A stretch of 64,000 nt of DNA, from assembly GCF_021869535.1 (NCBI RefSeq), contig NW_026262604.1:6262001-6326000 (forward strand). Direction: 5' to 3'. How positions within the stretch are numbered: the stretch's first letter is position 1; every line of letters begins with the position of its first letter. This document shows positions 24,581-37,229 of the stretch, piece after piece. Origin of the DNA: Mytilus californianus (Eukaryota). The translations under genes and the position numbers were made by a program. The notes under the pieces were generated by a model, which was not told where the DNA came from, searched no databases, and saw nothing but the letters and a program-made list of their open reading frames with translations.

Positions 24581-25391
24581 TTGTTAGCTCACCTGGCCCG
24601 AAGGGCCAAGTGAGCTTTTCTCATCACTTTGCGTCCGTGGTCCGTCGTCGTCGTCCGGCGTCGTCTGTTAACTTTTACAAAAATCTTCTCCTCTGAAACT
24701 ACTTTGCCAAATTTGTCCAAACTTGGCCACAATCATCATTGGGGTATCTAGTTTAAAAAAAGTGTCCGGTGACCCGGCCAACCAACCAAGATGGCCGCCA
24801 TGGCTAAAAATAGAACATAGGGGTAAAATGTAGATTTTGGCTTATATCTCTGAAACCAAAGCATTTAGAGCAAATCTGACATGAGATAAAATTGTTTATC
24901 AGGTCAAGATCTATCTGCCCTGAAATTTTCAGATGAATCGGACAACCCGTTGTTGGGTTGCTGCCTCTGAATTGGTAATTTTAAGGAAATTTTGCCGTTT
25001 TTGGTTATTATCTTGAATATTATTATAGATAGAGATAAACTGTAAACGGCAATAATGTACAGCAAAGTAAGATCTACAAAAAAGTCAACATGATCAAAAT
25101 TGTCAATTGTCCCCTTAAGGAGTTATTGCCCTTTATAGTCAATTTTTTACAATTTTCATAAATTTTGTAAAGTTTTGTAAATTTTTACATAATATTTTCC
25201 ACTGTAACTACTGGGCCAAGTTCATTATAGATAAAGATAACAGTAAGGAGCAAGAATGTTCAGTAAAGTAAGATCTACAAACACATCACCATCACCGAAA
25301 CACAATTTTGTCATGAATCCATCTGTGTCCTTTGTTTGATATGCACATAGACCAAGGTGAGCGACACAGGCTCTTTAGAGCCTCTAGTTTT
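24581..25391 (+). mobile_element. Complete HINE (AGCTCACC family)
   Basis: 5' hairpin AGCTCAC-CTGGCCC-GAA-GGGCCAA-GTGAGCT, (GTC)n tract, 3' AGGTGAGC subterminal repeat and AGGCTCT-TT-AGAGCCT hairpin before a T-run; degenerate relative at 63395-63500. Confidence 0.88.
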
Positions 25392-25464
25392 AATATTATT
25401 ATTGTCTGTATTTGGATCACGCCTCTATTGTGCTCTTTCTAATAAATATTGAATTGTTATTTGA

Positions 25465-26342
25465 TTTTTGTCGAGCCTTCGACTTTTGTCGAAAAAGCGA
25501 GACATAGCGATCCTACATTCCGTCGGCGTCGGCGTCGTCGTCAGCGGCGTCCACAAATATTCACTCTGTGGTTAAAGTTTTTGAAATTTTAATAACTTTC
25601 TTAAACTATCCTGGATTTCTACCAAACTTGGACAGAAGCTTGTCTATGATCATAAGATAATATTCAAAAGTAAATTTTGTAAAAAAATAAATCCATTTTT
25701 TCCTTATTTTACTTATAAATGGACTTAGTTTTTCTGCCAAGAAACATTACATTCACTCTGTGGTTAAAGTTTTTGAAATTTTAATAACTTTCTTAAACTA
25801 TCCTGGATTTCTACCAAACTTGGAAAGAAGCTTGTTTATGATCATAAGATAGTATCCAGAAGTAAATTTTGTAAAAAAAAAATTCCATTTTTTCCGTATT
25901 TTACTTATAAATGGACTTAGTTTTTCTGCCAGTTAACATTACATTCACTCTGTGGTTAAAGTTTTTAAAATTTTAACAACTTTCTTAAACTATCCTGGAT
26001 TTGTACCAAACTTGGACAGAAGCTTGTTTATGATTAAAAGCTAGTATCTAGAAGTAAATTTTGTTAAAATTTTGTTCCATTTTTTCCGTATTTCACTTAT
26101 AAATGGACTTAGTTTTTCTTCCAGTTAACATTACATACAGTCTGCAGTTTAAGTTTTTAAAACATTGATTAGATTCATAAACTATCCTGGATTTTTACAA
26201 AACTTGGACAGAAGCTACTTACAATCAAAAGATAGTATAGAGAGGGATATTTTTATTAATTTTTTTCCTCATTTTTGTTGAGCCTGTGATTAACAGCAAA
26301 AGTAGGCGAGACACTGGGTTCCGCGGAACCTTTACGAATTTT
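25465..26342 (+). mobile_element. Complete HINE with ~3.5 x 192-bp core units
   Basis: TTTTTGTCGAGCC start, GTC/GGC microsatellite, TCACTCTGTGG anchors at 25561, 25753 and 25945; 3' AGGCGAGACA and GGGTTCCGCGGAACC hairpin. Confidence 0.9.
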
Positions 26343-26363
26343 TATTAATGATGTGAATTTAAG

Positions 26364-27371
26364 CATGGATGCAATTTGGCAGAGTTGGAAATTATAGCCC
26401 GCCCGACCGCCCGAGACAGCCTATTTTACGATCGGGCGGTCAAAAATTAAATTTCAACAGTCCGATGGACGGTCTATTTTTTGCAGGTGGTTTGGATTAC
26501 CTTTTTCTATTTTTGGAATGAGTTCTCAGTATTACCCCATTCATAACAGCACGTAAGAATCATGACTGCCAATTAACCTGTTACTACCACGTGTTTCCAC
26601 GCCATTTCTGCAGGGAACATGGTGATACCTGTTGTTTGTAAGATCCGCACTCATTGGCTAGTTGGTATCGAATCGTCCAATGGGGATCACATTTATTAAA
26701 TAAAAAATAAATATTAGAGGAAATCGAAAGTACAAATTTGTTTTGGTTAACTCATGTCTTTACGACAGTACTTGGGCCTTTCGTCGCCGAAAAAGCGAAC
26801 TGCTGTTGACTCAACAGGAAAAAACTAAATTGTACGATCAGTCTAAGAGGAAGCAAACAATTGTTCCTGGTTGGAAAACGGAGTTCGAGTGGTTGAGTTT
26901 CAAATATTGTGAAAACGAGGAGCAATAAAATTATAAATGAAACCAAAATTTTATTTTTATTTGCTTAAAAGTAATTTTGTGGAACAAAGGTACAAACAAA
27001 GGCATGCTGAATTACACTGAAGACAAACTAACACCCCCAGTGTCCACCCCAAATTCTAAAAATTAAATCACACCTTGCTTCTGAACAAATGGTCATTAGG
27101 CTTAGCAGTGTCTGCTTAAATGTGCACTTGTAAGTCTTGTTGCAGTGTGTATTTACAAAAGCAGTCATAAGTCATTTTCATCACAAAAAATCACTTCTAG
27201 TCATTAAAACATCTCAAAACACAAAAACATAATTTAGAATCTTGAAGGAAAATGGGTTTGATTTTTATTGCATTAATTTTCAGGGCTGGTAAATTTTGAT
27301 CAGGACAGGTAATTTTTATATGCAGCCAGCCCTGTGGTCTGGTAGACATTTCCAGTGAGTTTCCTACCCTG
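26364..27371 (+). mobile_element. Internally deleted hAT-type element retaining a frameshifted transposase N-terminus
   Basis: Imperfect CA(T/G)GG..CCCTG ends; flanks AATTTAAG/AATTTGGG (6/8); GCCCGACCGCCCG and CCAGCCCTG subterminal motifs; peptide MSLRQYLG..KRKQTIVPGWKTEFEWL (26754-26928) resembles the start of a TTF-type hAT zinc finger. Confidence 0.6.
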
Positions 27372-27506
27372 AATTTGGGTACTCCTCATTACGGAATCAT
27401 GGATAGTTTGGATGTTGATTCAAACCCATTTTTCTATGACTCAATAGGGATTAAAAATCAAATTGGTGTACATATATAATAAAGAAGCATACGGCTACAA
27501 AATAAA

Positions 27507-27763
27507 GAGGGGGGTAATAGGGGGTTTTCATCACGGTTCACGAAATGTTAAATTTGCACAGTTCACAGGAAATACAACAAAACTGTTCACAAAAAAACGA
27601 CGATTTAAAACCTTCATCACAGAGAACTTTATCATATTGAATTGAAAACGAGTCACGAAAAATGCACTAATCACGAGTCACGTATAATAAATCCATGAAA
27701 AAACGAATCACGGAAAGCAAATATCCACGATCATGAAGGACGAAAATAACCCATCAGCCCCTC
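27507..27763. mobile_element. MITE with GAGGGG...CCCCTC ends and many TCACG motifs
   Basis: AATAAA directly flanks both ends; a related inverted fragment lies at ~33102-33250. Confidence 0.6.
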
Positions 27764-28004
27764 AATAAATATAGAATGGAAATTTTTGTCTTTATCATAA
27801 AAAAAACATAGGTGAAAAACTGTCAAAATAGGTACAATTTGGGTACCGTCATGTTATATCAAGATCCTGTCATGCTTTAAAACGTTCCTAGATGTATCAG
27901 TTTATCTGTACTTAAAACGCCCGTACTTGAAGGACTCTTAAAGTAGATTTTGTGGTGTAATCATGGCCATATTTTTTAATTCCTTTTGATGAACCTTAAT
28001 CTGT

Positions 28005-29275
28005 CAGGGGTACTACTTCAACAAGTGACAAGTGATTTCAGAATCACTCCCTCGAGTGATTTTGGCTGTGAAATATTAAAAATTTTCACACAGACTTTTT
28101 AAAATCACCGAAACAAGTAATTTTAGAAGTTAAAATGTAAACACTTTAAGTGTTTATAACATTTTCTTGATATTTTTCCCACAAGCTTGATTTTTTTATT
28201 GGTAAAAAGACAATTCCATTGAAAAAACAACTATGTATATGCAGAAATTGTCTTTTGCTTGATAAGCCTGACACTTTTACAGTTTTTTTAAAATATGCAA
28301 AAACTGGAATACAATGTAGTTTGTAGATCAGGTCATAACCTTGAAGTAGATCATTCTAACTCTAAGAAAACCAATCAGGTTACCTAATATTGTTGATCTT
28401 TGTCTGATAGTAAGAGTAGTTGATGAATTTTTGATTACAGAAAAATTCCCAAGGGTACTTTTAAAAGCTTTAGCGCACTAACTTACTGCCCAAGCCCACT
28501 GGTGAAATTAATATACAAAGAAAAAGGGATAATTGATTTATGTAGGAAAATTATAGAAAAGATTGTGAAAATATAGAAAATCAATGAAATTAGCATTTGA
28601 AGATCAAAGAAAACACTAAAATCACTTAAATAGGTGATAACCTGGGAACAGTATATCTAACGGGAAATGAATCTGATACGCTTTTCAGTATAAAATTGAT
28701 AAAATCTCGGACTCCCCGAGACTTGCGGATTTTGGTAGCGTCTGACTGAAAAACTATCAGAACTGCTCAACAAATAAACCACATAACTCTAATTGTAAAT
28801 AAATACAAGTTTTATCATTTAGTAGATATATTTTGTCATATAAAATTACCAAAATAAGTTTGATTTATTTGATGTGAAGTGTTTTATAATAGTTTGGGAA
28901 TTTGTAAATCATCGCGGCAATGGCCGCCATTTTTTTATTACCTGGTTTGCATTCTGCACAATTCTGTGATGAAATGCTTTCGATTTTAACAAATTTGAAG
29001 TGACAGAATACAAGTTTGATACACTAGCTTCACTGTAAAACTAGTTTGAATGACATTTTATTGATAATATCAGAAATTATTAGGATAATAGCGAGTCCGT
29101 TTTTAACACATGTCCGTTTCTGTATCGTATCTTTATTAACTATGGCACGACGATAAAATCGACTACAATCAGGTAGTGTCAAGTCCCGTCAATATATATG
29201 TTCCTGGTGATAACTGAATTTATCAAATCACTGAAATAAGTGATGATGAAATCACTTGTTTAAGTAGCACCCCTG
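28005..29275. mobile_element. 1.27-kb non-autonomous TIR element (CAGGGG...CCCCTG)
   Basis: TIR CAGGGGTACTACTTCAACAAGTGA versus reverse complement of right end CAGGGGTGCTACTTAAACAAGTGA; no clear TSD. Confidence 0.7.
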
Positions 29276-29896
29276 ACTCTCGGGACCATTTCCTAGGTGG
29301 CAGCAGAGATTGATAATTATATATTGATATAATCGACCTGCCCATGGATAGAAACAAGTACATATGTGTCCTCACCAGTGGCGGATCCAGAAATTTTTAT
29401 AAGAGGGGCCCACTGACTGCCTAAGAGGGGGCCCCGCTCCAAGTCATGCTTCAGTGATTCCCTATGCCAATGTCAACTGACGAACTGTTTTAGAGTTATT
29501 TTGTAATTCATTGTGTAAGTCGCTGATAGTGTTTTATATTCGGGGTATATTAAAAGTCCTACCATAATGTACATAAAATATGTACACTTTCACTCTCTTT
29601 ACTATTTTGAAAATGCTGAATTCACCAAGTTTCAAAGTGTAAATAAACAAAGGGCGATAACTGAGCATTATTACCTATGGAGTGCCAACAGACACAACGT
29701 GTGTGTACGTGTAGGTCAAGTCGGCACATGGCCAATTCGGCACTTTTAGAAAAAGACGAAACGGCACCTGTTTAAATCGGCATTTCTTCAAATCGGCATT
29801 AGTGTTGCCTTTCAGCATGTTCAGTAAAAAGCATAAAACAGAAGAAAAAACACCTGTAGGTAAATTTTGTTTATTCTGATTATCTAAAGTATGCAA

Positions 29897-30560
29897 GAGG
29901 GGCGAAAGATACCAGAGGGACAGTCAAACTTCGATAGATTGAAAATAAACTGACAACGCCATGGCTAAAAAAAATTAAAAGACAAACAGACAATAATAGT
30001 ACAAAAGACACAACATAGAAAACTAAAGACTAAGCAACACGAACCCCACCCAGTGGCGGATCCAGAACTTTTCATAAAGGGGGGGGGGGGGGGGGACCCG
30101 CTGACTGACCTAAGGGGGGCCCACTACAGTCATGCTTCAGTGATTCCCTATATAATCAACCAAATTTTTCCCACGAAAGGGGGGCCGAGCCCCCCCTGGA
30201 TCCGCCTATGCCACCTTCTTCTTCTTCTGGTAATCTTCCGTCCACGTTGGGACAACCTCAAATGAACCGAAAACTGGGGGTGATCTCAGGTGCTCCGGAA
30301 GGGTAAGCAGATCCTGCTCCACATGTGGCACTCGTCGTGTTGCTTATGTTATTACAAATCCGGTAAATAGTCTAATTCGGTAGGTCACATTCGTGAAAAC
30401 GGAAGGATATTGTAGTTACGACATATGGAACATATCCGGATATCATCTGTGAAACGGTTATTCCATAACTGCCAACCAACTACGGTGATGGCGTCCGTAA
30501 AATTTACGAAGGGATGATTTCAACTTCACCATTTGGAACTCTTGGTTTAATAGCTTCCTC
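29897..30560 (-). mobile_element. 3' part of a probable Penelope-like retroelement (RT C-terminus + downstream repeat)
   Basis: Frameshifted minus-strand peptide RKLLNQEFQMVKLKSSLRKFYGRHH..YGITVSQMI resembles the PLE RT thumb region; inverted partial copy at ~31165-31330. Confidence 0.55.
30051..30210. mobile_element. CAGTGGCGGATCC MITE with perfect 5-bp TSD, nested in the Penelope-like fragment
   Basis: CCACC on both sides. Confidence 0.85.
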
Positions 30561-30566
30561 ATGTAT

Positions 30567-30752
30567 AATTGGCCGTTTCAGAATCTGAAGAACCATATGG
30601 GTAATTTCATTGTTCGTACCCAAAACTGATAATAACATCACGTCATTGGTTGAATTTCCATTGTTTATGACATTTTTAACCCGAATCACGACAATTTGGT
30701 GTACCATTTGAAAGTATTACCCAGGATGCATAAGATTCTGAAACGGTGAATT
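30567..30752. mobile_element. AT-flanked MITE, second family
   Basis: AT|AATTGGCCGTTTCAGAATCT...AGATTCTGAAACGGTGAATT|AT. Confidence 0.75.
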
Positions 30753-30758
30753 ATCATT

Positions 30759-31034
30759 GGTACTTGGGGACAGGATTTTTTTTTAGCCTACCACTTTTTC
30801 CCAAATTCTGTATTATTTTGGTTTTCTATCAATTCGAAATAATTTCGTATTTATCTGATTTATATATGAACATAAATATATTAGAAATACTTGTATTTTC
30901 TATTTACTATCAATTAATTCCAAGTAAACTATCCATAGCGGTCACTGATATATAAATAGACTCTGAAGAAAATCCAAAAATTACGATCTTTGGAAAAGGG
31001 GGTGGTCTAAAAAATTATCCTGTCCCAAAGTACC
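30759..31034. mobile_element. MITE with GGTACTT(G/T)GGGACAGGAT TIRs
   Basis: Left TIR matches the reverse complement of the right end over ~35 bp; TSD unclear. Confidence 0.7.
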
Positions 31035-31536
31035 TACGATAATTAAATCAATTCTTAACCATGTTACTGAGCTATACACGCCTTTCATAATTTCAGGATT
31101 AAAAATTGAATTCAAATTTTATATTTTTATTCAAATAGGACAATTTATTTTTAAATATGACCGGTCCCAGTATGTTTGGTGGGGTTTGTGTTGCTTAGTC
31201 TTTAGTTTTCTATGTTGTGTCTTGTGTACTATAATTTGTCTGTTTGTCTTTTTATTTTTAGCCATGGCGTTGTCAGTTTATTTTCGATCTATGAGTTTGA
31301 ATGTTCCTTTGGTATCTCTCGCCCCTCCTTTATAAGGTATGATCACACAATTTTATGTATTCTGTCTACCTTTATAGAGTCTTTATAGACCTCTTTGTAA
31401 TAGAACTTTTTGCTATTTTTGAATCCGAGACACTTGACCGGAGAATTTGTGACACTTGAACTATTGACGTCATACAAATGTAATAGGTATGGATTATTTC
31501 CCTTTTTATACAAAATCATTTCAAGCTGTTAATTTG

Positions 31537-31721
31537 TTTGCTTTATCATGTTTCATTTCTATTTGCTTTATCATGTTTCATTTCTATTTGCTTTATCATG
31601 TTTCATTTCTATTTGCTTTATCATGTTTCATTTCTATTTGCTTTATCATGTTTCATTTCTATTTGCTTTATCATGTTTCATTTCTATTTGCTTTATTATG
31701 TTTCATTTCTATTTGCTTTAT
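31537..31721. repeat. 25-bp minisatellite, ~7.4 near-perfect copies
   Basis: Unit TTTGCTTTATCATGTTTCATTTCTA. Confidence 0.95.
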
Positions 31722-31974
31722 TCAATATTGAGCAAGATTCACATTTGGGTTCCTCTATATATTTGACGATTTTGATAATTTTGTTATTAATTATTGCTTA
31801 CCATTTTGAAGGAACTTATTTAATTGAAATAATAATAATCATATTTGAAAAGGAATTATTCACATGAAGACCTGTGTTGGAATTAAAAATGAGTTAGTTC
31901 CCTTTGAACAGAAATCTAGTAATTTATAAGTATTTCATCAAAAATTTAATTCTAGGAAAAGGGCCTTAACTGAA

Positions 31975-32186
31975 CAAGGAGAAAAGCTAAAATCGTGAAA
32001 ATCGAACTTGACCTGTAACTTGTCATGATAAAACAATATACCAAATATCAAATCAATATCTTAAAGCATGAAGAAAAAAATCTGGAAAACTGAGTTGCCG
32101 GACTGAAGGATTGACAGACAGACAGACGGACGGACAGAGTGCACACCTAAAGTCTCCTTCGACTTCGTCGGTGGGGGACTAAAAAA
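31975..32186 (-). mobile_element. Short HINE with (GTCC/GTCT)n tract
   Basis: On -: TTTTTTAGTCCCCC...GGAGACT stem followed by CTGTCCGTCCGTCTGTCTGTC. Confidence 0.65.
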
Positions 32187-32549
32187 GGAATGGTGGCCTA
32201 GTTAACCTGGTTTAGGATACGATTTTAGGTGAGTTTCTGTCTGAAATTATAAAGTTGTTTTGATACACACACTGTATCAAGAACCACTCCCTTCACACTA
32301 TTACCTTTCATTTGTGGCATCAGACATTTTCTATTGTGACAAGAACTTTACGGGAACCTTTGTGATGGCCAGTAATGACAATGGCCAGTAATGACAGACA
32401 TGCAGTTATATAAAATGTATGTGTATGTGTATGTTTCAATCTGCAGGTTTTGGTATGGTGATTATGTGGCTTGATATTAAGAAGCTACCATATTTGATTA
32501 TAATGGAGAGGGGGGCTAGGATCATCTGGATGAAAAATTTTGTTCTGCA

Positions 32550-33101
32550 TTTTTGTCGAGCCTTCGACTTTAGTCGAAAACGCGAGACATAGCGATCCTA
32601 CATTTCGGCGTCGGCGTCGTCATCATCGGCGGCGGCGGCGTCCACAAATATTCACTTTGTGGTAAAAGTTTTTGAAATTTTAATAACTTTCTTAAACTAT
32701 CCTTGATTTGTACAAAACTTGGACAGAAGCTTGTTTATGGTCATAAGATAGTATCCAGAAGTAAATTTTGAAAAAAAAACAAAACATTTTTCCGTATTTT
32801 ACTTATAAATGGACTAAGTTTTTCTGTCAGAAAACATTACATTCACTCTGTGGTTAAAGTTTTTGAAATTTTAATAACTTTCTTAAACTATACTGGATTT
32901 GTACCAAACTTGGACAGAAGCTTGTTTATGATCATAAGATAGTATCCAGAAGTAAATTTTTTTTTTTAAATCCATTTTTTCCGTTTTTGTCGAGCCTTCG
33001 ACTTTTGTCGAAAAAGCGAGACATAGCGATCCTACATTCCGTCGTCGTCGTCGTCGTTGTTGTCGTCGGCGGCGGCGTCCACAAATATTCACTCTGTGGT
33101 T
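32550..33101 (+). mobile_element. Two truncated copies of the 192-bp-core HINE, the second inserted into a core unit of the first
   Basis: TTTTTGTCGAGCCTTCGAC starts at 32550 and again at 32984. Confidence 0.85.
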
Positions 33102-35029
33102 CGTTATTCACCGTGTTTCGTGAAATCGGTAAAAAGATTAACGTGCAAGAATTTTTAAATGTTCGTTCATCGTGAAAAGGCAATTTTATTTCGCGTTTTT
33201 CCGTGCAGATACACCCCCCCCCCCCTTTCCTCCTCTTTACACCCCTCTTTGCCCGTACAACACACAATTCATTAACACGCTTGACAATATAATTTACACA
33301 CATTAGAATATACAATATACCAATCATAATAAAAAGTGAACACCTATTGCAAACTTGACATTGAATTTAATTACTTCTTATCCTTAATCAACAAGAAACA
33401 AAAAAAAAGGTATATATAAAAAATACAATATCGTTCAATGCTGCTATTATATATATATTTACTGTCTATATACAAAATTCGAGTAACTTTCAGTTTTCAG
33501 TTCATTAATTTTAAATCACATAACATGTTTTTATTTTCAGGATAATGACACACATAAAATGCATTTTTCATGCTGTTTTATATTTATTTCTTTACTGTTT
33601 AAATTTATGCGACACTGAAGCAGTTGCATGTTTGACATGTTTATAAGATCTACATGTAGCTGTAACATTATTATTGTCCCCGAACGTGTAGATACTTTAT
33701 TATGTACATCATGGATAAACATATATTTATAAATATTGCATTTTGTAATGCTACATGTTAATTTGTTTTGTTATTTAATATATGTTTTTCTTTAGTAACA
33801 ATCCTATTGTTTGGATTTTAAACTGATCAAAATTCTTATTCTAATTCATTGTGTGGAACGTTATATATATAAGCTTAATGTGAAGCCACTTCGAATATTG
33901 TTTCTATTAAGAACAATGAATTGCACATTTGTATTAAAGACTCTATATGGTTTACCTTGTGCTCCATAGGTATTTTTTTAAATATTATCGCCCTTTAGCG
34001 GATAATTATAGATTGAATAGATTCATGAAAATACCACCCAGGTAACAGGTCACAGGTAAAAACATTGCATAACAAAGAAGGTAATCGTAATATTTTTATT
34101 GATGTTTGTCATTTATATTTGATGCATTAATGTCTTTGTTTAACATGTTTAAGGTTCATCGTAACAAATGGACAAAAATGGCTTTATTTCCACATCAAAA
34201 ACTACTCTGTGTACAGACTTACCTGTCCAGTTGGAAAAGTTTTAAAGCCTGGCATCCACTAGATATATAAAAGTTAAATGCATTCTGTGTTTCATAGAGA
34301 AAATATCTTTTTTAGGTTTTGATGGGGATTTTTTTTCGTTCGTGCAGAAGGTGTAAAAATAAAATAAGTTGGGATACAACTTTGAGATGCTCCCTCTCAG
34401 GTAAAAACTGTATTGCATTGTATCGATTGTCCTTGATTGACATCGACAATAGACAGACAATAGCTATCTACACAACTATAGGTGAGTTAAAGGGTTTAAT
34501 GAGTGCAGACAGTGTCAAAGCAATTCAGGTGTTTGTTTACTTTTACAACTTCTACAGAAAGGAAAAAATGCCCAAATCAAAATCCAAAAATAGATATTTA
34601 TTATCTCTTTCTGAATTAAACTTTTATATATCTAGTGGATGCCAGGCCTTAAGAAACTTTCAAACTGGACAGGTAAGTCCGTATTCAGAGTAGTATTTGA
34701 GGTGTAAATATACAGCAATTACTTGTTGTCCATTTGTCATGTTTGTTACGATGAACCATACCAAATTGTCATGAAACAATAAAGAAAATGAAATATCATA
34801 GAAAGACAATATTATTTAATATTATTAATCGAATATTTTTAAGGATTTGTGATTCGTTAAAACTTGATCACATGTACATTTGTATTTGCTTAGTTTGCAC
34901 GCCAATACTGTGTGTTTAGCTTTTCGTAGGTCAAAAACAGCATATTGCACAGGGTATACAGCATGTTACTAAAAATAGATTCTAGAAATCCCCAATTTTA
35001 CATTGTTCATGCAATAGTTGTTGATTAAT

Positions 35030-35183
35030 AATATAACAATTGTAGCCTTTGGTTGAGGTCAATACGATGTTATATCGACACAGAGAAGCGTATCGACCTC
35101 GGACTTCGTCCTCAGTCAATATGCTTCTCTTAGGTCGATATAACCTCGTATCGACCTCATACAAAGGCTATAATTGTATAATA
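35030..35183. mobile_element. ~150-bp near-palindromic hairpin element
   Basis: ACAATTGTAGCCTTTG..GAGGTCAATACGATGTTATATCGAC mirrored by GTCGATATAACCTCGTATCGACCTC..CAAAGGCTATAATTGT; partial copy ~50125-50205. Confidence 0.75.
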
Positions 35184-36593
35184 CCAGTCTCATATCTACA
35201 TCAATACATCAATTCATATCTCTGCTATTATTTAACATAGACAGCAAACAAAATAAAAGTAATAAGATTATTTTAAGGTTCATCAATACACTTTGTCAAA
35301 AATGGCTTTACACCATGAAATTTTCTCTGAGTACAGACAAAACTGTACATTTTGAAAAGTTTTAAAGCCCTGCAGCACCTACAGAGTGTGGTCATAAGTA
35401 TTAGTCACTTCAGATTTCCACTATATATTTCATATAAAACTAAAATATATTTTGGGGTCATTTCTGGTTTTATTTTAAGCAGCATTGTCACAGGTTTATT
35501 TGTTGTTTTTTTTTTTATTTGGTTGTATTTTTGTTGTGGATCATTTTAATTTTCTCACGAGATGAACAAATATTAAATTCCGTTCAGAAATTTGTTATAT
35601 GATATTCAACCAAATTAAATTGTAAATCTGTATTATCTATGTTCACATTGAGAGAAAAATAAAATAAATCTTTATTATCTATGTTCACATCGAGAGAAAA
35701 CAAAAACAACTGAAAACAAAATTATGGCCAAATAAACAAATATGCTCTAGACAATTCTCTGTCTTTTAAAGCCTTGTTTATATAAATCCGACCATAAACG
35801 TCTTCAAATTTTATATTTATTGAAAAATTGTGTTTTTATATAAAATATATAGCAAATAAATGCAGGTGACCTATACTTTTGGCCAGGTACTGTAGATGAA
35901 TAAATGTTACATCGATTTTATGTTTTAAAAAGTTAGCAACCTTTATGGATTTTGATGAACATTTTCTTTCCTTGCCACATTATCATAAGATGGTAAAATA
36001 AACTAACACCTGAGTTATATTTGATACATTTCACTCATTTACACTATTTAAATCACCTTTGTTGTGTTGATTTCTAGTGTCCCTCTTTTGTCAATTTCAA
36101 TCAATATGTTACAATACAATCATTCCCTGAGGGGGATCATCTCAAAGATTTCACCAGACTTAGTTTATTTATACACCACCACTGAAAAGGAAAGACAATG
36201 TTTAGGTAAATCCGCAAATGAATACAATTTGTATATATTTAGGTGCTACCAGGCTTTAACACTTTTCAAAATTGCACAGTTTTGTCGAACAATGTGTAGT
36301 GTGTTCCAATACAAATCCTTGCTACAAGTAATTTAAAGGCGTTCATAGAAAAATTTAAAGCACGTAAATAGGTCGTTACGGCCCAAATCTACCAGGCCAC
36401 AAGTCGATCCGTCCCAAGTCCTTTCGTCCCACGACGATCCGGTCCCATGATAAAATAATGAATAACTTGTATATATAACGGAGGATTAGGTAATATACTG
36501 GATTCTATGCAATGGTACTTTCACAAAATATCGATGATAAATGAAAGCAGGCTAGTGATTTCTTGGACTATTATATATATTAAGTATAAAAGC

Positions 36594-37102
36594 TATGGCA
36601 TGGTATTGGTTGCAAAAATTTGATATTTTTCATTTAAATGCAATATTTCTTATTTAATTGGTATATTTCTTCATTTAAATGCTTTTTTTTTATTTGAATG
36701 GTATATTTTTTCATTTAAATGCAATATTTTTTATTCAGATGGTATAATTTTTCATTCAAATGGTATAATTTTTCATTCAAATGGTATAATTTTTTATTCA
36801 AATGGTATAATTTTCGTTCAAATGCAATATTTTTTATTCAATTGGTATAAAATGTCATTTAAATGCAATATTTTTTATTCAATTGGTATAGTAGTTTTTT
36901 TATTTATATGCAATAATTGCATTATGGGAAATTCTTTGACGTCATATGGTAAAATTTGCAACAACGTTTGTGATTGGTCGGTAATTGTTTGGATTTCTCC
37001 CCTTTCTTTCTAAACATGGGTGACCAAGAATTAAAAAACGCCTCAGAATATCGCCCCTCTAACTAAATCTAACGTTCGTGCGAGTCCTGCACTGGCTGTT
37101 AA
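36594..37102 (+). repeat. Left arm of ~500-bp inverted repeat pair containing ~20-bp internal tandem units
   Basis: Reverse complement of 41059-41548; units like TCATTCAAATGGTATAATTT. Confidence 0.92.
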
Positions 37103-37229
37103 AATCTTGTGGTCATAACTTAGTCTAGTATATCTATTGCAAAATTTCGATGGCCAAAACGTTCGGTCCACTTTTCAAAAACCGTTTCATTGTATATGGA
37201 TTTATATGCAAGTATATCTGTTTTTTTAA

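Noticed and set aside
31489-31867. Three overlapping hydrophobic ORFs
   Set aside because: They are translations of the 25-bp minisatellite.
32883-33327. ORFs with poly-T/poly-V/poly-R runs (also 54106-54330, 56153-56368, 5160-5342)
   Set aside because: They come from HINE 5' ends and (GTC/GGC)n microsatellites.
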